A stretch of 64,000 nucleotides of DNA from Balanoglossus misakiensis (lineage: Eukaryota; Animalia; Hemichordata). The stretch spans positions 13,690,242 to 13,754,241 of the forward strand of contig CM082580.2 of the NCBI GenBank assembly GCA_040954595.2. The letters run 5' to 3'. The notes beneath the pieces were generated by a model that was given only the letters and a program-made list of their open reading frames with translations, was not told the DNA's origin and made no database searches. Made by a program: the position numbers and the translations under genes. Every line of letters begins with the position of its first letter. Within the stretch, counting starts at the first letter, position 1. Below are positions 1 through 14,900 of this stretch, piece after piece.

Positions 1-2912
1 AAACCATGATTTTTTCAAAAAATGACCACATTTTGAAATTTCGCAAAGACGAAAAATCTTCGATTTTTGACGATTTTCCTGAGCTATAACCAATGATTTT
101 TTCAAAAAATGACCAAATTTTGAAAATTCGCAAAGTCCAAAAATCTTCGATTTTTGACGATTTTCCTGAGCTATAACCCATGATTTTTTCAAAAAATGAC
201 CAAATTTTGAAAATTCGCAAAGTCGAAAAATCTTCGATTTTTGACGATTTTCCTGAGCTATAACCCATGATTTTTTCAAAAAATGACCAATTTTGAAAAT
301 TCGCAAAGTCCAAAAATCTTCGATTTTTGACGATTTTCCTGAGCTATAACCCATGATTTTTTCATAAAATGAGCAAATTTTGAAAATTCGCAAAGTCCAA
401 AAATCTTCGATTTTTGACGATTTTCCTGAGCTATAACCCATGATTTTTTCAAAAAATGACCAAATTTTGAAAATTCGCAAAGACGAAAAATCTTCGATTT
501 TTGACGATTTTCCTGAGCTATAACCCATGATTTTTTCAAAAAATGACCAAATTTTGAAAATTCGCAAAGTCCAAAAATCTTCGATTTTTGACGATTTTCC
601 TGAGCTATAACCCATGATTTTTTCATAAAATGACCAAATTTTGAAAATTCGCAAAGTCCAAAAATCTTCGATTTTTGACGATTTTCCTGAGCTATAACCC
701 ATGATTTTTTCAAAAAATGACCAAATTTTGAAAATTCGCAAACTCTAAAAATCTTCGATTTTTCACGATTTTCCTGAGCTATAACCCATGATTTTTTCAA
801 AAAATGACCAAATTTTGAAAATTCGCAAAGTCGAAAAATCATCGATTTTTGACGATTTTCATGAGCTATAACCCATGATTTTTTCAAAAAATGAGCAAAT
901 TTTGAAAATTCGCAAAGACGAAAAATCTTCGATTTTTGACGATTTTCATGAGCTTTAACCCATGATTTTTTCAAAAAATGACCAAATTTTGAAAATTCGC
1001 AAAGACGAAAAATCTTCGATTTTTGACGATTTTCCTGAGCTATAACCCATGATTTTTTCAAAAAATGACCAAATTTTGAAAATTCGCAAAGACGAAAAAT
1101 CTTCGATTTTTGACGATTTTCCTGAGCTATAACCCATGATTTTTTCAAAAAATGACCAAATTTTGAAAATTCGCAAACTCTAAAAATCTTCGATTTTTGA
1201 CGATTTTCCTGAGCTATAACCCATGATTTTTTCAAAAAATGAGCAAATTTTGAAAATTCGCAAAGTCGAAAAATCTTCGATTTTTGACGATTTTCCTGAG
1301 CTATAACCCATGATTTTTTCAAAAAATGAGCAAATTTTGAAAATTCGCAAAGTCCAAAAATCTTCGATTTATGACGATTTTCCTGAGCTATAACCCATGA
1401 TTTTTTCAAAAAATGACCAAATTTTGAAAATTCGCAAACTCGAAAAATCTTCGATTTTGACGATTTTCCTGAGCTATAACCCATGATTTTTTCAAAAAAT
1501 GACCAAATTTTGAAAATTCGCAAACTCGAAAAATCTTCGATTTTTGACGATTTTCCTGAGCTATAACCCATGATTTTTTCAAAAAATGACCAAATTTTGA
1601 AAATCCGCAAAGACGAAAAATCTTCGATTTTTGACGATTTTCCTGAGCTATAACCCATGATTTTTTCAAAAAATGACCAAATTTTGAAAATTCGCAAAGT
1701 CCAAAAATCTTCGATTTTTGACGATTTTCCTGAGCTATAACCCATGATTTTTTCAAAAAATGACCAAATTTTGAAAATTCGCAAAGTCCAAAAATCTTCG
1801 ATTTTTGACGATTTTCCTGAGCTATAACCCATGATTTTTTCAAAAAATGACCAAATTTTGAAAATTCGCAAAGACGAAAAATCTTCGATTTTTGACGATT
1901 TTCCTGAGCTATAACCCATGATTTTTTCAAAAAATGACCAAATTTTGAAAATTCGCAAAGTCGAAAATTCTTCGATTTTTGACGATTTTCCTGAGCTATA
2001 ACCCATGATTTTTTCAAAAAATGACCAAATTTTGAAAATTCGCAAAGTCCAAAAATCTTCGATTTTTGACGATTTTCCTGAGCTATAACCCATGATTTTT
2101 TCAAAAAATGACCAAATTTAGAAATTTCGCAAACTCGAAAAATCTTCGATTTTTGACGATTTTCCTGAGCTATAACCCATGATTTTTTCAAAAAATGACC
2201 AAATTTTGAAAATCCGCAAAGACAAAAAATCTTCGATTTTTGACGATTTTCCTGAGCTATAACCCATGATTTTTTCAAAAAATGACCAAATTTTGAAAAT
2301 TCGCAAAGACGAAAAATCTTCGATTTTTGACGATTTTCCTGAGCTATAACCCATGATTTTTTCAAAAAATGACCAAATTTTGAAAATTCGCAAAGTCGAA
2401 AATTCTTCGATTTTTGACGATTTTCCTGAGCTATAACCCATGATTTTTTCAAAAAATGACCAAATTTTGAAAATTCGCAAAGTCCAAAAATCTTCGATTT
2501 TTAACGATTTTCCTGAGCTATAACCCATGATTTTTTTCAAAAAATGACCAAATTTTGAAAATTCGCAAAGTCCAAAAATCTTCGATTTTTGACGATTTTC
2601 CTGAGCTATAACCCATGATTTTTTCAAAAAATGACCAAATTTTGAAAATTCGCAAAGACGAAAAATCTTCGATTTTTGACGATTTTCCTGAGCTATAACC
2701 CATGATTTTTAAAAAAATGACCAAATTTTGAAAATTCGCAAAGACGAAAAATCTTCGATTTTTGACGATTTTCCTGAGCTATAACCCATGATTTTTTCAA
2801 AAAATGACCAAATTTTGAAAATTCGCCAAGTCCAAAAATCTTCGATTTTTGACGATTTTCCTGAGCTATAACCCATGATTTTTTCGTAAAATGAGCAAAT
2901 TTTGAAAATTCG
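1..2912 (-). repeat. Satellite block 1 (reverse orientation)
   Basis: Monomers read as the reverse complement (GAGCTATAACCCATG) up to ...TTTTGAAAATTCG at 2912. Confidence 0.97.
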
Positions 2913-5900
2913 TCAAAAATCGAAGATTTTTCGACACTGCGAATTTTCAAAATTTGGTCATTTTTTGAAAAAATCATGGGTTATAGCTCAGGAAAATCGT
3001 CAAAAATCGAAGATTTTTCGACTTTGCGAATTTTCAAAATTTGGTCATTTTTTGAAAAAAATCATGGGTTATAGCTCAGGAAAATCGTGAAAAATCGAAG
3101 ATTTTTGGACTTTGCGAATTTTCAAAATTTGGTCATTTTTTGAAAAAATCATGGGTTATAGCTCAGGAAAATCGTGAAAAATCGAAGATTTTTCGAGTTT
3201 GCGAATTTTCAAAATTTGGTCATTTTTTGAAAAAATCATGGGTTATAGCTCAGGAAAATCGTCAAAAATCGAAGATTTTTGGACTTTGCGAATTTTCAAA
3301 ATTTGCTCATTTTTTGAAAAAATCATGGGTTATAGCTCAGGAAAATCGTCAAAAATCGAAGATTTTTGGACTTTGCGAATTTTCAAAATTTGCTCATTTT
3401 TTGAAAAAATCGTGGGTTATAGCTCAGGAAAATCGTCAAAAATCGAAGATTTTTCGACTTTGCGAATTTTCAAAATTTGCTCATTTTTTGAAAAATCATG
3501 GGTTATAGCTCAGGAAAATCGTCAAAAATCGAAGATTTTTCGACTTTGCGAATTTTCAAAATTTGGTCATTTTTTGAAAAAATCATGGGTTATAGCTCAG
3601 GAAAATCGTCAAAAATCGAAGATTTTTCGTCTTTGCGAATTTTCAAAATTTGGTCATTTTTTGAAAAAATCATGGGTTATAGCTCATGAAAATCGTCAAA
3701 AATCGAAGATTTTTCGTCTTTGCGAATTTTCAAAATTTGGTCATTTTTTGAAAAAATCATGGGTTATAGCTCATGAAAATCGTCAAAAATCGATGATTTT
3801 TCGACTTTGCGAATTTTCAAAATTTGGTCATTTTTTGAAAAAATCATGGGTTATAGCTCAGGAAAATCGTGAAAAATCGAAGATTTTTGGAGTTTGCGAA
3901 TTTTCAAAATTTGGTCATTTTTTGAAAAAAATCATGGGTTATAGCTCAGGAAAATCGTCAAAAATCGAAGATTTTTGGAGTTTGCGAATTTTCAAAATTT
4001 GCTCATTTTTTGAAAAAATCATGGGTTATAGCTCAGGAAAATCGTCAAAAATCGAAGATTTTTGGACTTTGCGAATTTTCAAAATTTGGTCATTTTTTGA
4101 AAAAAATCATGGGTTATAGCTCAGGAAAATCGTCAAAAATCGAAGATTTTTGGACTTTGCGAATTTTCAAAATTTGGTCATTTTTTGAAAAAAATCATGG
4201 GTTATAGCTCAGGAAAATCGTCAAAAATCGAAGATTTTTCGACTTTGCGAATTTTCAAAATTTGGTCATTTTTTGAAAAAATCATGGGTTATAGCTCAGG
4301 AAAATCGTCAAAAATCGAAGATTTTTGGACTTTGCGAATTTTCAAAATTTGGTCATTTTTGAAAAAAAATCATGGGTTATAGCTCAGGAAAATCGTCAAA
4401 AATCGAAGATTTTTCGACTTTGCGAATTTTCAAAATTTGGTCATTTTTTGAAAAAATCATGGGTTATAGCTCAGGAAAATCGTCAAAAATCGAAGATTTT
4501 TCGACTTTGCGAATTTTCAAAATTTGGTCATTTTTTGAAAAAATCATGGGTTATAGCTCAGGAAAATCGTCAAAAATCGAAGATTTTTGGAGTTTGCGAA
4601 TTTTCAAAATTTGGTCATTTTTTGAAAAAAATCATGGGTTATAGCTCAGGAAAATCGTCAAAAATCGAAGATTTTTGGAGTTTGCGAATTTTCAAAATTT
4701 GGTCATTTTTTGAAAAAAATCATGGGTTATAGCTCAGGAAAATCGTCAAAAATCGAAGATTTTTGGAGTTTGCGAATTTTCAAAATTTGGTCATTTTTTG
4801 AAAAAAATCATGGGTTATAGCTCAGGAAAATCGTCAAAAATCGAAGATTTTTGGAGTTTGCGAATTTTCAAAATTTGGTCATTTTTTGAAAAAATCATGG
4901 GTTATAGCTCAGGAAAATCGTCAAAAATCGAAGATTTTTGGACTTTGCGAATTTTCAAAATTTGGTCATTTTTTGAAAAAATCATGGGTTATAGCTCAGG
5001 AAAATCGTCAAAAATCGAAGATTTTTGGACTTTGCGAATTTTCAAAATTTGGTCATTTTTTGAAAAAATCATGGGTTATAGCTCAGGAAAATCGTCAAAA
5101 ATCGAAGATTTTTGGACTTTGCGAATTTTCAAAATTTGGTCATTTTTTGAAAAAAATCATGGGTTATAGCTCAGGAAAATCGTCAAAAATCGAAGATTTT
5201 TCGAGTTTGCGAATTTTCAAAATTTGGTCATTTTTTGAAAAAATCATGGGTTATAGCTCAGGAAAATCGTCAAAAATCGAAGATTTTTCGAGTTTGCGAA
5301 TTTTCAAAATTTGGTCATTTTTTGAAAAAAATCATGGGTTATAGCTCAGGAAAATCGTCAAAAATCGAAGATTTTTCGACTTTGCGAATTTTCAAAATTT
5401 GGTCATTTTTTGAAAAAAATCATGGGTTATAGCTCAGGAAAATCGTCAAAAATCGAAGATTTTTCGACTTTGCGAATTTTCAAAATTTGGTCATTTTTTG
5501 AAAAAATCATGGGTTATAGCTCAGGAAAATCGTCAAAAATCGAAGATTTTTCGACTTTGCGAATTTTCAAAATTTGGTCATTTTTTGAAAAAATCATGGG
5601 TTATAGCTCAGGAAAATCGTCAAAAATCGAAGATTTTTCGACTTTGCGAATTTTCAAAATTTGGTCATTTTTTGAAAAAATCATGGGTTATAGCTCAGGA
5701 AAATCGTCAAAAATCGAATATTTTTGGACTTTGCGAATTTTCAAAATTTGGTCATTTTTTGAAAAAATCATGGGTTATAGCTCAGGAAAATCGTCAAAAA
5801 TCGAATATTTTTGGACTTTGCGAATTTTCAAAATTTGGTCATTTTTTGAAAAAATCATGGGTTATAGCTCAGGAAAATCGTCAAAAATCGAATATTTTTG

Positions 5901-8900
5901 GACTTTGCGAATTTTCAAAATTTGGTCATTTTTTGAAAAAAATCATGGGTTATAGCTCAGGAAAATCGTCAAAAATCGAAGATTTTTGGACTTTGCGAAT
6001 TTTCAAAATTTGGTCATTTTTTGAAAAAATCATGGGTTATAGCTCAGGAAAATCGTCAAAAATCGAAGATTTTTCGACTTTGCGAATTTTCAAAATTTGG
6101 TCATTTTTTGAAAAAATCATGGGTTATAGCTCAGGAAAATCGTCAAAAATCGAAGATTTTTCGACTTTGCGAATTTTCAAAATTTGGTCATTTTTGAAAA
6201 AAATCATGGGTTATAGCTCAGGAAAATCGTCAAAAATCGAAGATTTTTCGACTTTGCGAATTTTCAAAATTTGGTCATTTTTTGAAAAAAATCATAAGTT
6301 ATAGCTCAGGAAAATCGTCAAAAATCGAAGATTTTTCGACTTTGCGAATTTTCAAAATTTGCTCATTTTTTGAAAAAATCATGGGTTATAGCTCAGGAAA
6401 ATCGTCAAAAATCGAAGATTTTTGGACTTTGCGAATTTTCAAAATTTGGTCATTTTTTGAAAAAATCATGGGTTATAGCTCAGGAAAATCGTCAAAAATC
6501 GAAGATTTTTCGACTTTGCGAATTTTCAAAATTTGGTCATTTTTTGAAAAAATCATGGGTTATAGCTCAGGAAAATCGTGAAAAATCGAAGATTTTTCGA
6601 CTTTGCGAATTTTCAAAATTTGGTCATTTTTTGAAAAAATCATGGGTTATAGCTCAGGAAAATCGTCAAAAATCGAACATTTTTCGACTTTGCGAATTTT
6701 CAAAATTTGGTCATTTTTTGAAAAAATCATGGGTTATAGCTCAGGAAAATCGTGAAAAATCGAAGATTTTTCGACTTTGCGAATTTTCAAAATTTGGTCA
6801 TTTTTTGAAAAAATCATGGGTTATAGCTCAGGAAAATCGTGAAAAATCGAAGATTTTTCGACTTTGCGAATTTTCAAAATTTGGTCATTTTTTGAAAAAA
6901 TCATGGGTTATAGCTCAGGAAAATCGTGAAAAATCGAAGATTTTTCGACTTTGCGAATTTTCAAAATTTGGTCATTTTTTGAAAAAATCATGGGTTATAG
7001 CTCAGGAAAATCGTCAAAAATCGAACATTTTTCGACTTTGCGAATTTTCAAAATTTGGTCATTTTTTGAAAAAATCATGGGTTATAGCTCAGGAAAATCG
7101 TCAAAAATCGAACATTTTTAGACTTTGCGAATTTTCAAAATTTGGTCATTTTTTGAAAAAATCATGGGTTATAGCTCAGGAAAATCGTCAAAAATCGAAC
7201 ATTTTTCGACTTTGCGAATTTTCAAAATTTGCTCATTTTTTGAAAAAATCATGGGTTATAGTTCAGGAAAATCGTGAAAAATCGAAGATTTTTCGACTTT
7301 GCGAATTTTCAAAATTTGCTCATTTTTTGAAAAAATCATGGGTTATAGCTCAGGAAAATCGTGAAAAATCGAAGATTTTTCGACTTTGCGAATTTTCAAA
7401 ATTTGCTCATTTTTTGAAAAAATCATGGGTTATAGCTCAGGAAAATCGTGAAAAATCGAAGATTTTTCGACTTTGCGAATTTTCAAAATTTGCTCATTTT
7501 TTGAAAAAATCATGGGTTATAGCTCAGGAAAATCGTCAAAAATCGAACATTTTTAGACTTTGCGAATTTTCAAAATTTGCTCATTTTTTGAAAAAATCAT
7601 GGGTTATAGCTCAGGAAAATCGTCAAAAATCGAACATTTTTCGACTTTGCGAATTTTCAAAATTTGCTCATTTTTTGAAAAAATCATGGGTTATAGCTCA
7701 GGAAAATCGTCAAAAATCGAAGATTTTTGGACTTTGCGAATTTTCAAAATTTGGTCATTTTTTGAAAAAATCATGGGTTATAGCTCAGGAAAATCGTCAA
7801 AAATCGAAGATTTTTCGACTTTGCGAATTTTCAAAATTTGCTCATTTTTTGAAAAAATCATGGGTTATAGCTCAGGAAAATCGTCAAAAATCGAAGATTT
7901 TTCGACTTTGCGAATTTTCAAAATTTGGTCATTTTTTGAAAAAATCATGGGTTATAGCTCAGGAAAATCGTCAAAAATCGAAGATTTTTCGACTTTGCGA
8001 ATTTTCAAAATTTGCTCATTTTTTGAAAAAATCATGGGTTATAGCTCAGGAAAATCGTCAAAAATCGAAGATTTTTCGACTTTGCGAATTTTCAAAATTT
8101 GGTCATTTTTTGAAAAAATCATGGGTTATAGCTCAGGAAAATCGTCAAAAATCGAAGATTTTTGGACTTTGCGAATTTTCAAAATTTGGTCATTTTTTGA
8201 AAAAAATCATGGGTTATAGCTCAGGAAAATCGTCAAAAATCGAAGATTTTTCGACTTTGCGAATTTTCAAAATTTGCTCATTTTTTGAAAAAATCATGGG
8301 TTATAGCTCAGGAAAATCGTCAAAAATCGAAGATTTTTCGACTTTGCGAATTTTCAAAATTTGGTCATTTTTTGAAAAAAATCATGGGTTATAGCTCAGG
8401 AAAATCGTCAAAAATCAAAGATTTTTCGACTTTGCGAATTTTCAAAATTTGGTCATTTTTTGAAAAAATCATGGGTTATAGCTCAGGAAAATCGTCAAAA
8501 ATCAAAGATTTTTCGACTTTGCGAATTTTCAAAATTTGGTCATTTTTTGAAAAAATCATGGGTTATAGCTCAGGAAAATCGTCAAAAATCGAAGATTTTT
8601 CGACTTTGCGAATTTTCAAAATTTGCTCATTTTTTGAAAAAATCATGGGTTATAGCTCAGGAAAATCGTCAAAAATCGAAGATTTTTCGACTTTGCGAAT
8701 TTTCAAAATTTGCTCATTTTTTGAAAAAATCATGGGTTATAGCTCAGGAAAATCGTCAAAAATCGAAGATTTTTCGACTTTGCGAATTTTCAAAATTTGC
8801 TCATTTTTTGAAAAAATCATGGGTTATAGCTCAGGAAAATCGTCAAAAATCGAAGATTTTTCGACTTTGCGAATTTTCAAAATTTGGTCATTTTTTGAAA

Positions 8901-11900
8901 AAATCATGGGTTATAGCTCAGGAAAATCGTGAAAAATCAAAGATTTTTCGACTTTGCGAATTTTCAAAATTTGGTCATTTTTTGAAAAAATCATGGGTTA
9001 TAGCTCAGGAAAATCGTGAAAAATCGAAGATTTTTCGACTTTGCGAATTTTCAAAATTTGCTCATTTTTTGAAAAAATCATGGGTTATAGCTCAGGAAAA
9101 TCGTCAAAAATCGAAGATTTTTCGACTTTGCGAATTTTCAAAATTTGCTCATTTTTTGAAAAAATCATGGGTTATAGCTCAGGAAAATCGTCAAAAATCG
9201 AAGATTTTTAGACTTTGCGAATTTTCAAAATTTGCTCATTTTTTGAAAAAATCATGGGTTATAGCTCAGGAAAATCGTCAAAAATCGAACATTTTTAGAC
9301 TTTGCGAATTTTCAAAATTTGCTCATTTTTTGAAAAAATCATGGGTTATAGCTCAGGAAAATCGTCAAAAATCGAACATTTTTCGACTTTGCGAATTTTC
9401 AAAATTTGCTCATTTTTTGAAAAAATCATGGGTTATAGCTCAGGAAAATCGTCAAAAATCGAATATTTTTCGACTTTGCGAATTTTCAAAATTTGCTCAT
9501 TTTTTGAAAAAATCATGGGTTATAGCTCAGGAAAATCGTCAAAAATCGAAGATTTTTCGACTTTGCGAATTTTCAAAATTTGCTCATTTTTTGAAAAAAT
9601 CATGGGTTATAGCTCAGGAAAATCGTCAAAAATCGAAGATTTTTCGACTTTGCGAATTTTCAAAATTTGCTCATTTTTTGAAAAAATCATGGGTTATAGC
9701 TCAGAAAAATCGTCAAAAATCGAAGATTTTTCGACTTTGCGAATTTTCAAAATTTGCTCATTTTTTGAAAAAATCATGGGTTATAGCTCAGGAAAATCGT
9801 CAAAAATCGAAGATTTTTCGACTTTGCGAATTTTCAAAATTTGGTCATTTTTTGAAAAAATCATGGGTTATAGCTCAGGAAAATCGTCAAAAATCGAAGA
9901 TTTCTCGACTTTGCGAATTTTCAAAATTTGCTCATTTTTTGAAAAAATCATGGGTTATAGCTCAGGAAAATCGTCAAAAATCGAAGATTTTTCGACTTTG
10001 CGAATTTTCAAAATTTGCTCATTTTTTGAAAAAATCATGGGTTATAGCTCAGGAAAATCGTCAAAAATCGAAGATTTTTCGACTTTGCGAATTTTCAAAA
10101 TTTGGTCATTTTTTGAAAAAATCATGGGTTATAGCTCAGGAAAATCGTCAAAAATCGAACATTTTTGGACTTTGCGAATTTTCAAAATTTGGTCATTTTT
10201 TGAAAAAATCATGGGTTATAGCTCAGGAAAATCGTCAAAAATCGAATATTTTTGGACTTTGCGAATTTTCAAAATTTGGTCATTTTTTGAAAAAATCATG
10301 GGTTATAGCTCAGGAAAATCGTCAAAAATCGAAGATTTTTGGACTTTGCGAATTTTCAAAATTTGGTCATTTTTTGAAAAAAATCATGGGTTATAGCTCA
10401 GGAAAATCGTCAAAAATCGAAGATTTTTGGACTTTGCGAATTTTCAAAATTTGCTCATTTTTTGAAAAAATCATGGGTTATAGCTCAGGAAAATCGTCAA
10501 AAATCGAAGATTTTTCGACTTTGCGAATTTTCAAAATTTGGTCATTTTTTGAAAAAAATCATGGGTTATAGCTCAGGAAAATCGTCAAAAATCAAAGATT
10601 TTTCGACTTTGCGAATTTTCAAAATTTGGTCATTTTTTGAAAAAATCATGGGTTATAGCTCAGGAAAATCGTCAAAAATCGAAGATTTTTCGACTTTGCG
10701 AATTTTCAAAATTTGGTCATTTTTTGAAAAAATCATGGGTTATAGCTCAGGAAAATCGTCAAAAATCGAAGATTTTTCGACTTTGCGAATTTTCAAAATT
10801 TGGTCATTTTTTGAAAAAATCATGGGTTATAGCTCAGGAAAATCGTGAAAAATCGAAGATTTTTCGACTTTGCGAATTTTCAAAATTTGGTCATTTTTTG
10901 AAAAAATCATGGGTTATAGCTCAGGAAAATCGTGAAAAATCGAAGATTTTTCGACTTTGCGAATTTTCAAAATTTGGTCATTTTTTGAAAAAATCATGGG
11001 TTATAGCTCAGGAAAATCGTGAAAAATCGAAGATTTTTGGACTTTGCGAATTTTCAAAATTTGGTCATTTTTTGAAAAAATCATGGGTTATAGCTCAGGA
11101 AAATCGTCAAAAATCGAAGATTTTTGGACTTTGCGAATTTTCAAAATTTGGTCATTTTTTGAAAAAATCATGGGTTATAGCTCAGGAAAATCGTCAAAAA
11201 TCGAAGATTTTTGGACTTTGCGAATTTTCAAAATTTGCTCATTTTTTGAAAAAATCATGGGTTATAGCTCAGGAAAATCGTCAAAAATCGAATATTTTTC
11301 GACTTTGCGAATTTTCAAAATTTGCTCATTTTTTGAAAAAATCATGGGTTATAGCTCAGGAAAATCGTCAAAAATCGAAGATTTTTCGACTTTGCGAATT
11401 TTCAAAATTTGCTCATTTTTTGAAAAAATCATGGGTTATAGCTCAGGAAAATCGTCAAAAATCGAAGATTTTTCGACTTTGCGAATTTTCAAAATTTGGT
11501 CATTTTTTGAAAAAATCATGGGTTATAGCTCAGGAAAATCGTGAAAAATCGAAGATTTTTCGACTTTGCGAATTTTCAAAATTTGCTCATTTTTTGAAAA
11601 AAATCATGGGTTATAGCTCAGGAAAATCGTCAAAAATCGAAGATTTTTGGACTTTGCGAATTTTCAAAATTTGGTCATTTTTTGAAAAAATCATGGGTTA
11701 TAGCTCAGGAAAATCGTCAAAAATCGAAGATTTTTCGACTTTGCGAATTTTCAAAATTTGGTCATTTTTTGAAAAAATCATGGGTTATAGCTCAGGAAAA
11801 TCGTCAAAAATCGAAGATTTTTGGACTTTGCGAATTTTCAAAATTTGGTCATTTTTGAAAAAAATCATGGGTTATAGCTCAGGAAAATCGTCAAAAATCG

Positions 11901-14900
11901 AAGATTTTTCGACTTTGCGAATTTTCAAAATTTGGTCATTTTTTGAAAAAAATCATGGGTTATAGCTCAGGAAAATCGTCAAAAATCAAAGATTTTTCGA
12001 CTTTGCGAATTTTCAAAATTTGGTCATTTTTTGAAAAAATCATGGGTTATAGCTCAGGAAAATAGTCAAAAATCGAAGATTTTTGGACTTTGCGAATTTT
12101 CAAAATTTGGTCATTTTTTGAAAAAATCATGGGTTATAGCTCAGGAAAATCGTCAAAAATCGAAGATTTTTGGACTTTGCGAATTTTCAAAATTTGCTCA
12201 TTTTTTGAAAAAATCATGGGTTATAGCTCAGGAAAATCGTCAAAAATCGAAGATTTTTGGACTTTGCGAATTTTCAAAATTTGCTCATTTTTTGAAAAAA
12301 TCATGGGTTATAGCTCAGGAAAATCGTCAAAAATCGAAGATTTTTCGACTTTGCGAATTTTCAAAATTTGGTCATTTTTTGAAAAAATCATGGGTTATAG
12401 CTCAGGAAAATCGTCAAAAATCAAAGATTTTTGGACTTTGCGAATTTTCAAAATTTGGTCATTTTTGAAAAAAATCATGGGTTATAGCTCAGGAAAATCG
12501 TCAAAAATCGAAGATTTTTGGACTTTGCGAATTTTCAAAATTTGGTCATTTTTTGAAAAAAATCATGGGTTATAGCTCAGGAAAATCGTCAAAAATCAAA
12601 GATTTTTCGACTTTGCGAATTTTCAAAATTTGGTCATTTTTTGAAAAAATCATGGGTTATAGCTCAGGAAAATCGTCAAAAATCGAAGATTTTTCGACTT
12701 TGCGAATTTTCAAAATTTGGTCATTTTTTGAAAAAATCATGGGTTATAGCTCAGGAAAATCGTCAAAAATCGAAGATTTTTCGACTTTGCGAATTTTCAA
12801 AATTTGCTCATTTTTTGAAAAAATCATGGGTTATAGCTCAGGAAAATCGTGAAAAATCGAAGATTTTTCGACTTTGCGAATTTTCAAAATTTGGTCATTT
12901 TTTGAAAAAATCATGGGTTATAGCTCAGGAAAATCGTGAAAAATCGAAGATTTTTCGACTTTGCGAATTTTCAAAATTTGGTCATTTTTTGAAAAAATCA
13001 TGGGTTATAGCTCAGGAAAATCGTCAAAAATCGAAGATTTTTCGACTTTGCGAATTTTCAAAATTTGCTCATTTTTTGAAAAAATCATGGGTTATAGCTC
13101 AGGAAAATCGTCAAAAATCGAACATTTTTAGACTTTGCGAATTTTCAAAATTTGGTCATTTTTTGAAAAAATCATGGGTTATAGCTCAGGAAAATCGTCA
13201 AAAATCGAACATTTTTCGACTTTGCGAATTTTCAAAATTTGCTCATTTTTTGAAAAAATCATGGGTTATAGCTCAGGAAAATCGTCAAAAATCGAACATT
13301 TTTCGACTTTGCGAATTTTCAAAATTTGCTCATTTTTTGAAAAAATCATGGGTTATAGCTCAGGAAAATCGTCAAAAATCGAAGATTTTTCGACTTTGCG
13401 AATTTTCAAAATTTGCTCATTTTTTGAAAAAATCATGGGTTATAGCTCAGGAAAATCGTCAAAAATCGAAGATTTTTCGACTTTGCGAATTTTCAAAATT
13501 TGCTCATTTTTTGAAAAAATCATGGGTTATAGCTCAGAAAAATCGTCAAAAATCGAAGATTTTTCGACTTTGCGAATTTTCAAAATTTGCTCATTTTTTG
13601 AAAAAATCATGGGTTATAGCTCAGGAAAATCGTCAAAAATCGAAGATTTTTCGACTTTGCGAATTTTCAAAATTTGGTCATTTTTTGAAAAAATCATGGG
13701 TTATAGCTCAGGAAAATCGTCAAAAATCGAAGATTTTTCGACTTTGCGAATTTTCAAAATTTGGTCATTTTTTGAAAAAATCATGGGTTATAGCTCAGGA
13801 AAATCGTCAAAAATCGAACATTTTTGGACTTTGCGAATTTTCAAAATTTGGTCATTTTTTGAAAAAATCATGGGTTATAGCTCAGGAAAATCGTCAAAAA
13901 TCGAACATTTTTGGACTTTGCGAATTTTCAAAATTTGGTCATTTTTTGAAAAAATCATGGGTTATAGCTCAGGAAAATCGTCAAAAATCGAATATTTTTG
14001 GACTTTGCGAATTTTCAAAATTTGGTCATTTTTTGAAAAAATCATGGGTTATAGCTCAGGAAAATCGTCAAAAATCGAAGATTTTTGGACTTTGCGAATT
14101 TTCAAAATTTGGTCATTTTTTGAAAAAAATCATGGGTTATAGCTCAGGAAAATCGTCAAAAATCGAAGATTTTTGGACTTTGCGAATTTTCAAAATTTGC
14201 TCATTTTTTGAAAAAATCATGGGTTATAGCTCAGGAAAATCGTCAAAAATCGAAGATTTTTCGACTTTGCGAATTTTCAAAATTTGGTCATTTTTTGAAA
14301 AAAATCATGGGTTATAGCTCAGGAAAATCGTCAAAAATCAAAGATTTTTCGACTTTGCGAATTTTCAAAATTTGGTCATTTTTTGAAAAAATCATGGGTT
14401 ATAGCTCAGGAAAATCGTCAAAAATCGAAGATTTTTGGACTTTGCGAATTTTCAAAATTTGGTCATTTTTTGAAAAAATCATGGGTTATAGCTCAGGAAA
14501 ATCGTCAAAAATCGAAGATTTTTGGACTTTGCGAATTTTCAAAATTTGGTCATTTTTTGAAAAAATCATGGGTTATAGCTCAGGAAAATCGTCAAAAATC
14601 GAAGATTTTTCGACTTTGCGAATTTTCAAAATTTGGTCATTTTTTGAAAAAATCATGGGTTATAGCTCAGGAAAATCGTCAAAAATCGAAGATTTTTCGA
14701 CTTTGCGAATTTTCAAAATTTGGTCATTTTTTGAAAAAATCATGGGTTATAGCTCAGGAAAATCGTGAAAAATCGAAGATTTTTCGACTTTGCGAATTTT
14801 CAAAATTTGGTCATTTTTTGAAAAAATCATGGGTTATAGCTCAGGAAAATCGTGAAAAATCGAAGATTTTTCGACTTTGCGAATTTTCAAAATTTGGTCA

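Noticed and set aside
3016-3035. CENP-B-box-like TTTCG...GCG motif in the monomer
   Set aside because: It lacks the A..CGGG half of the CENP-B box core.
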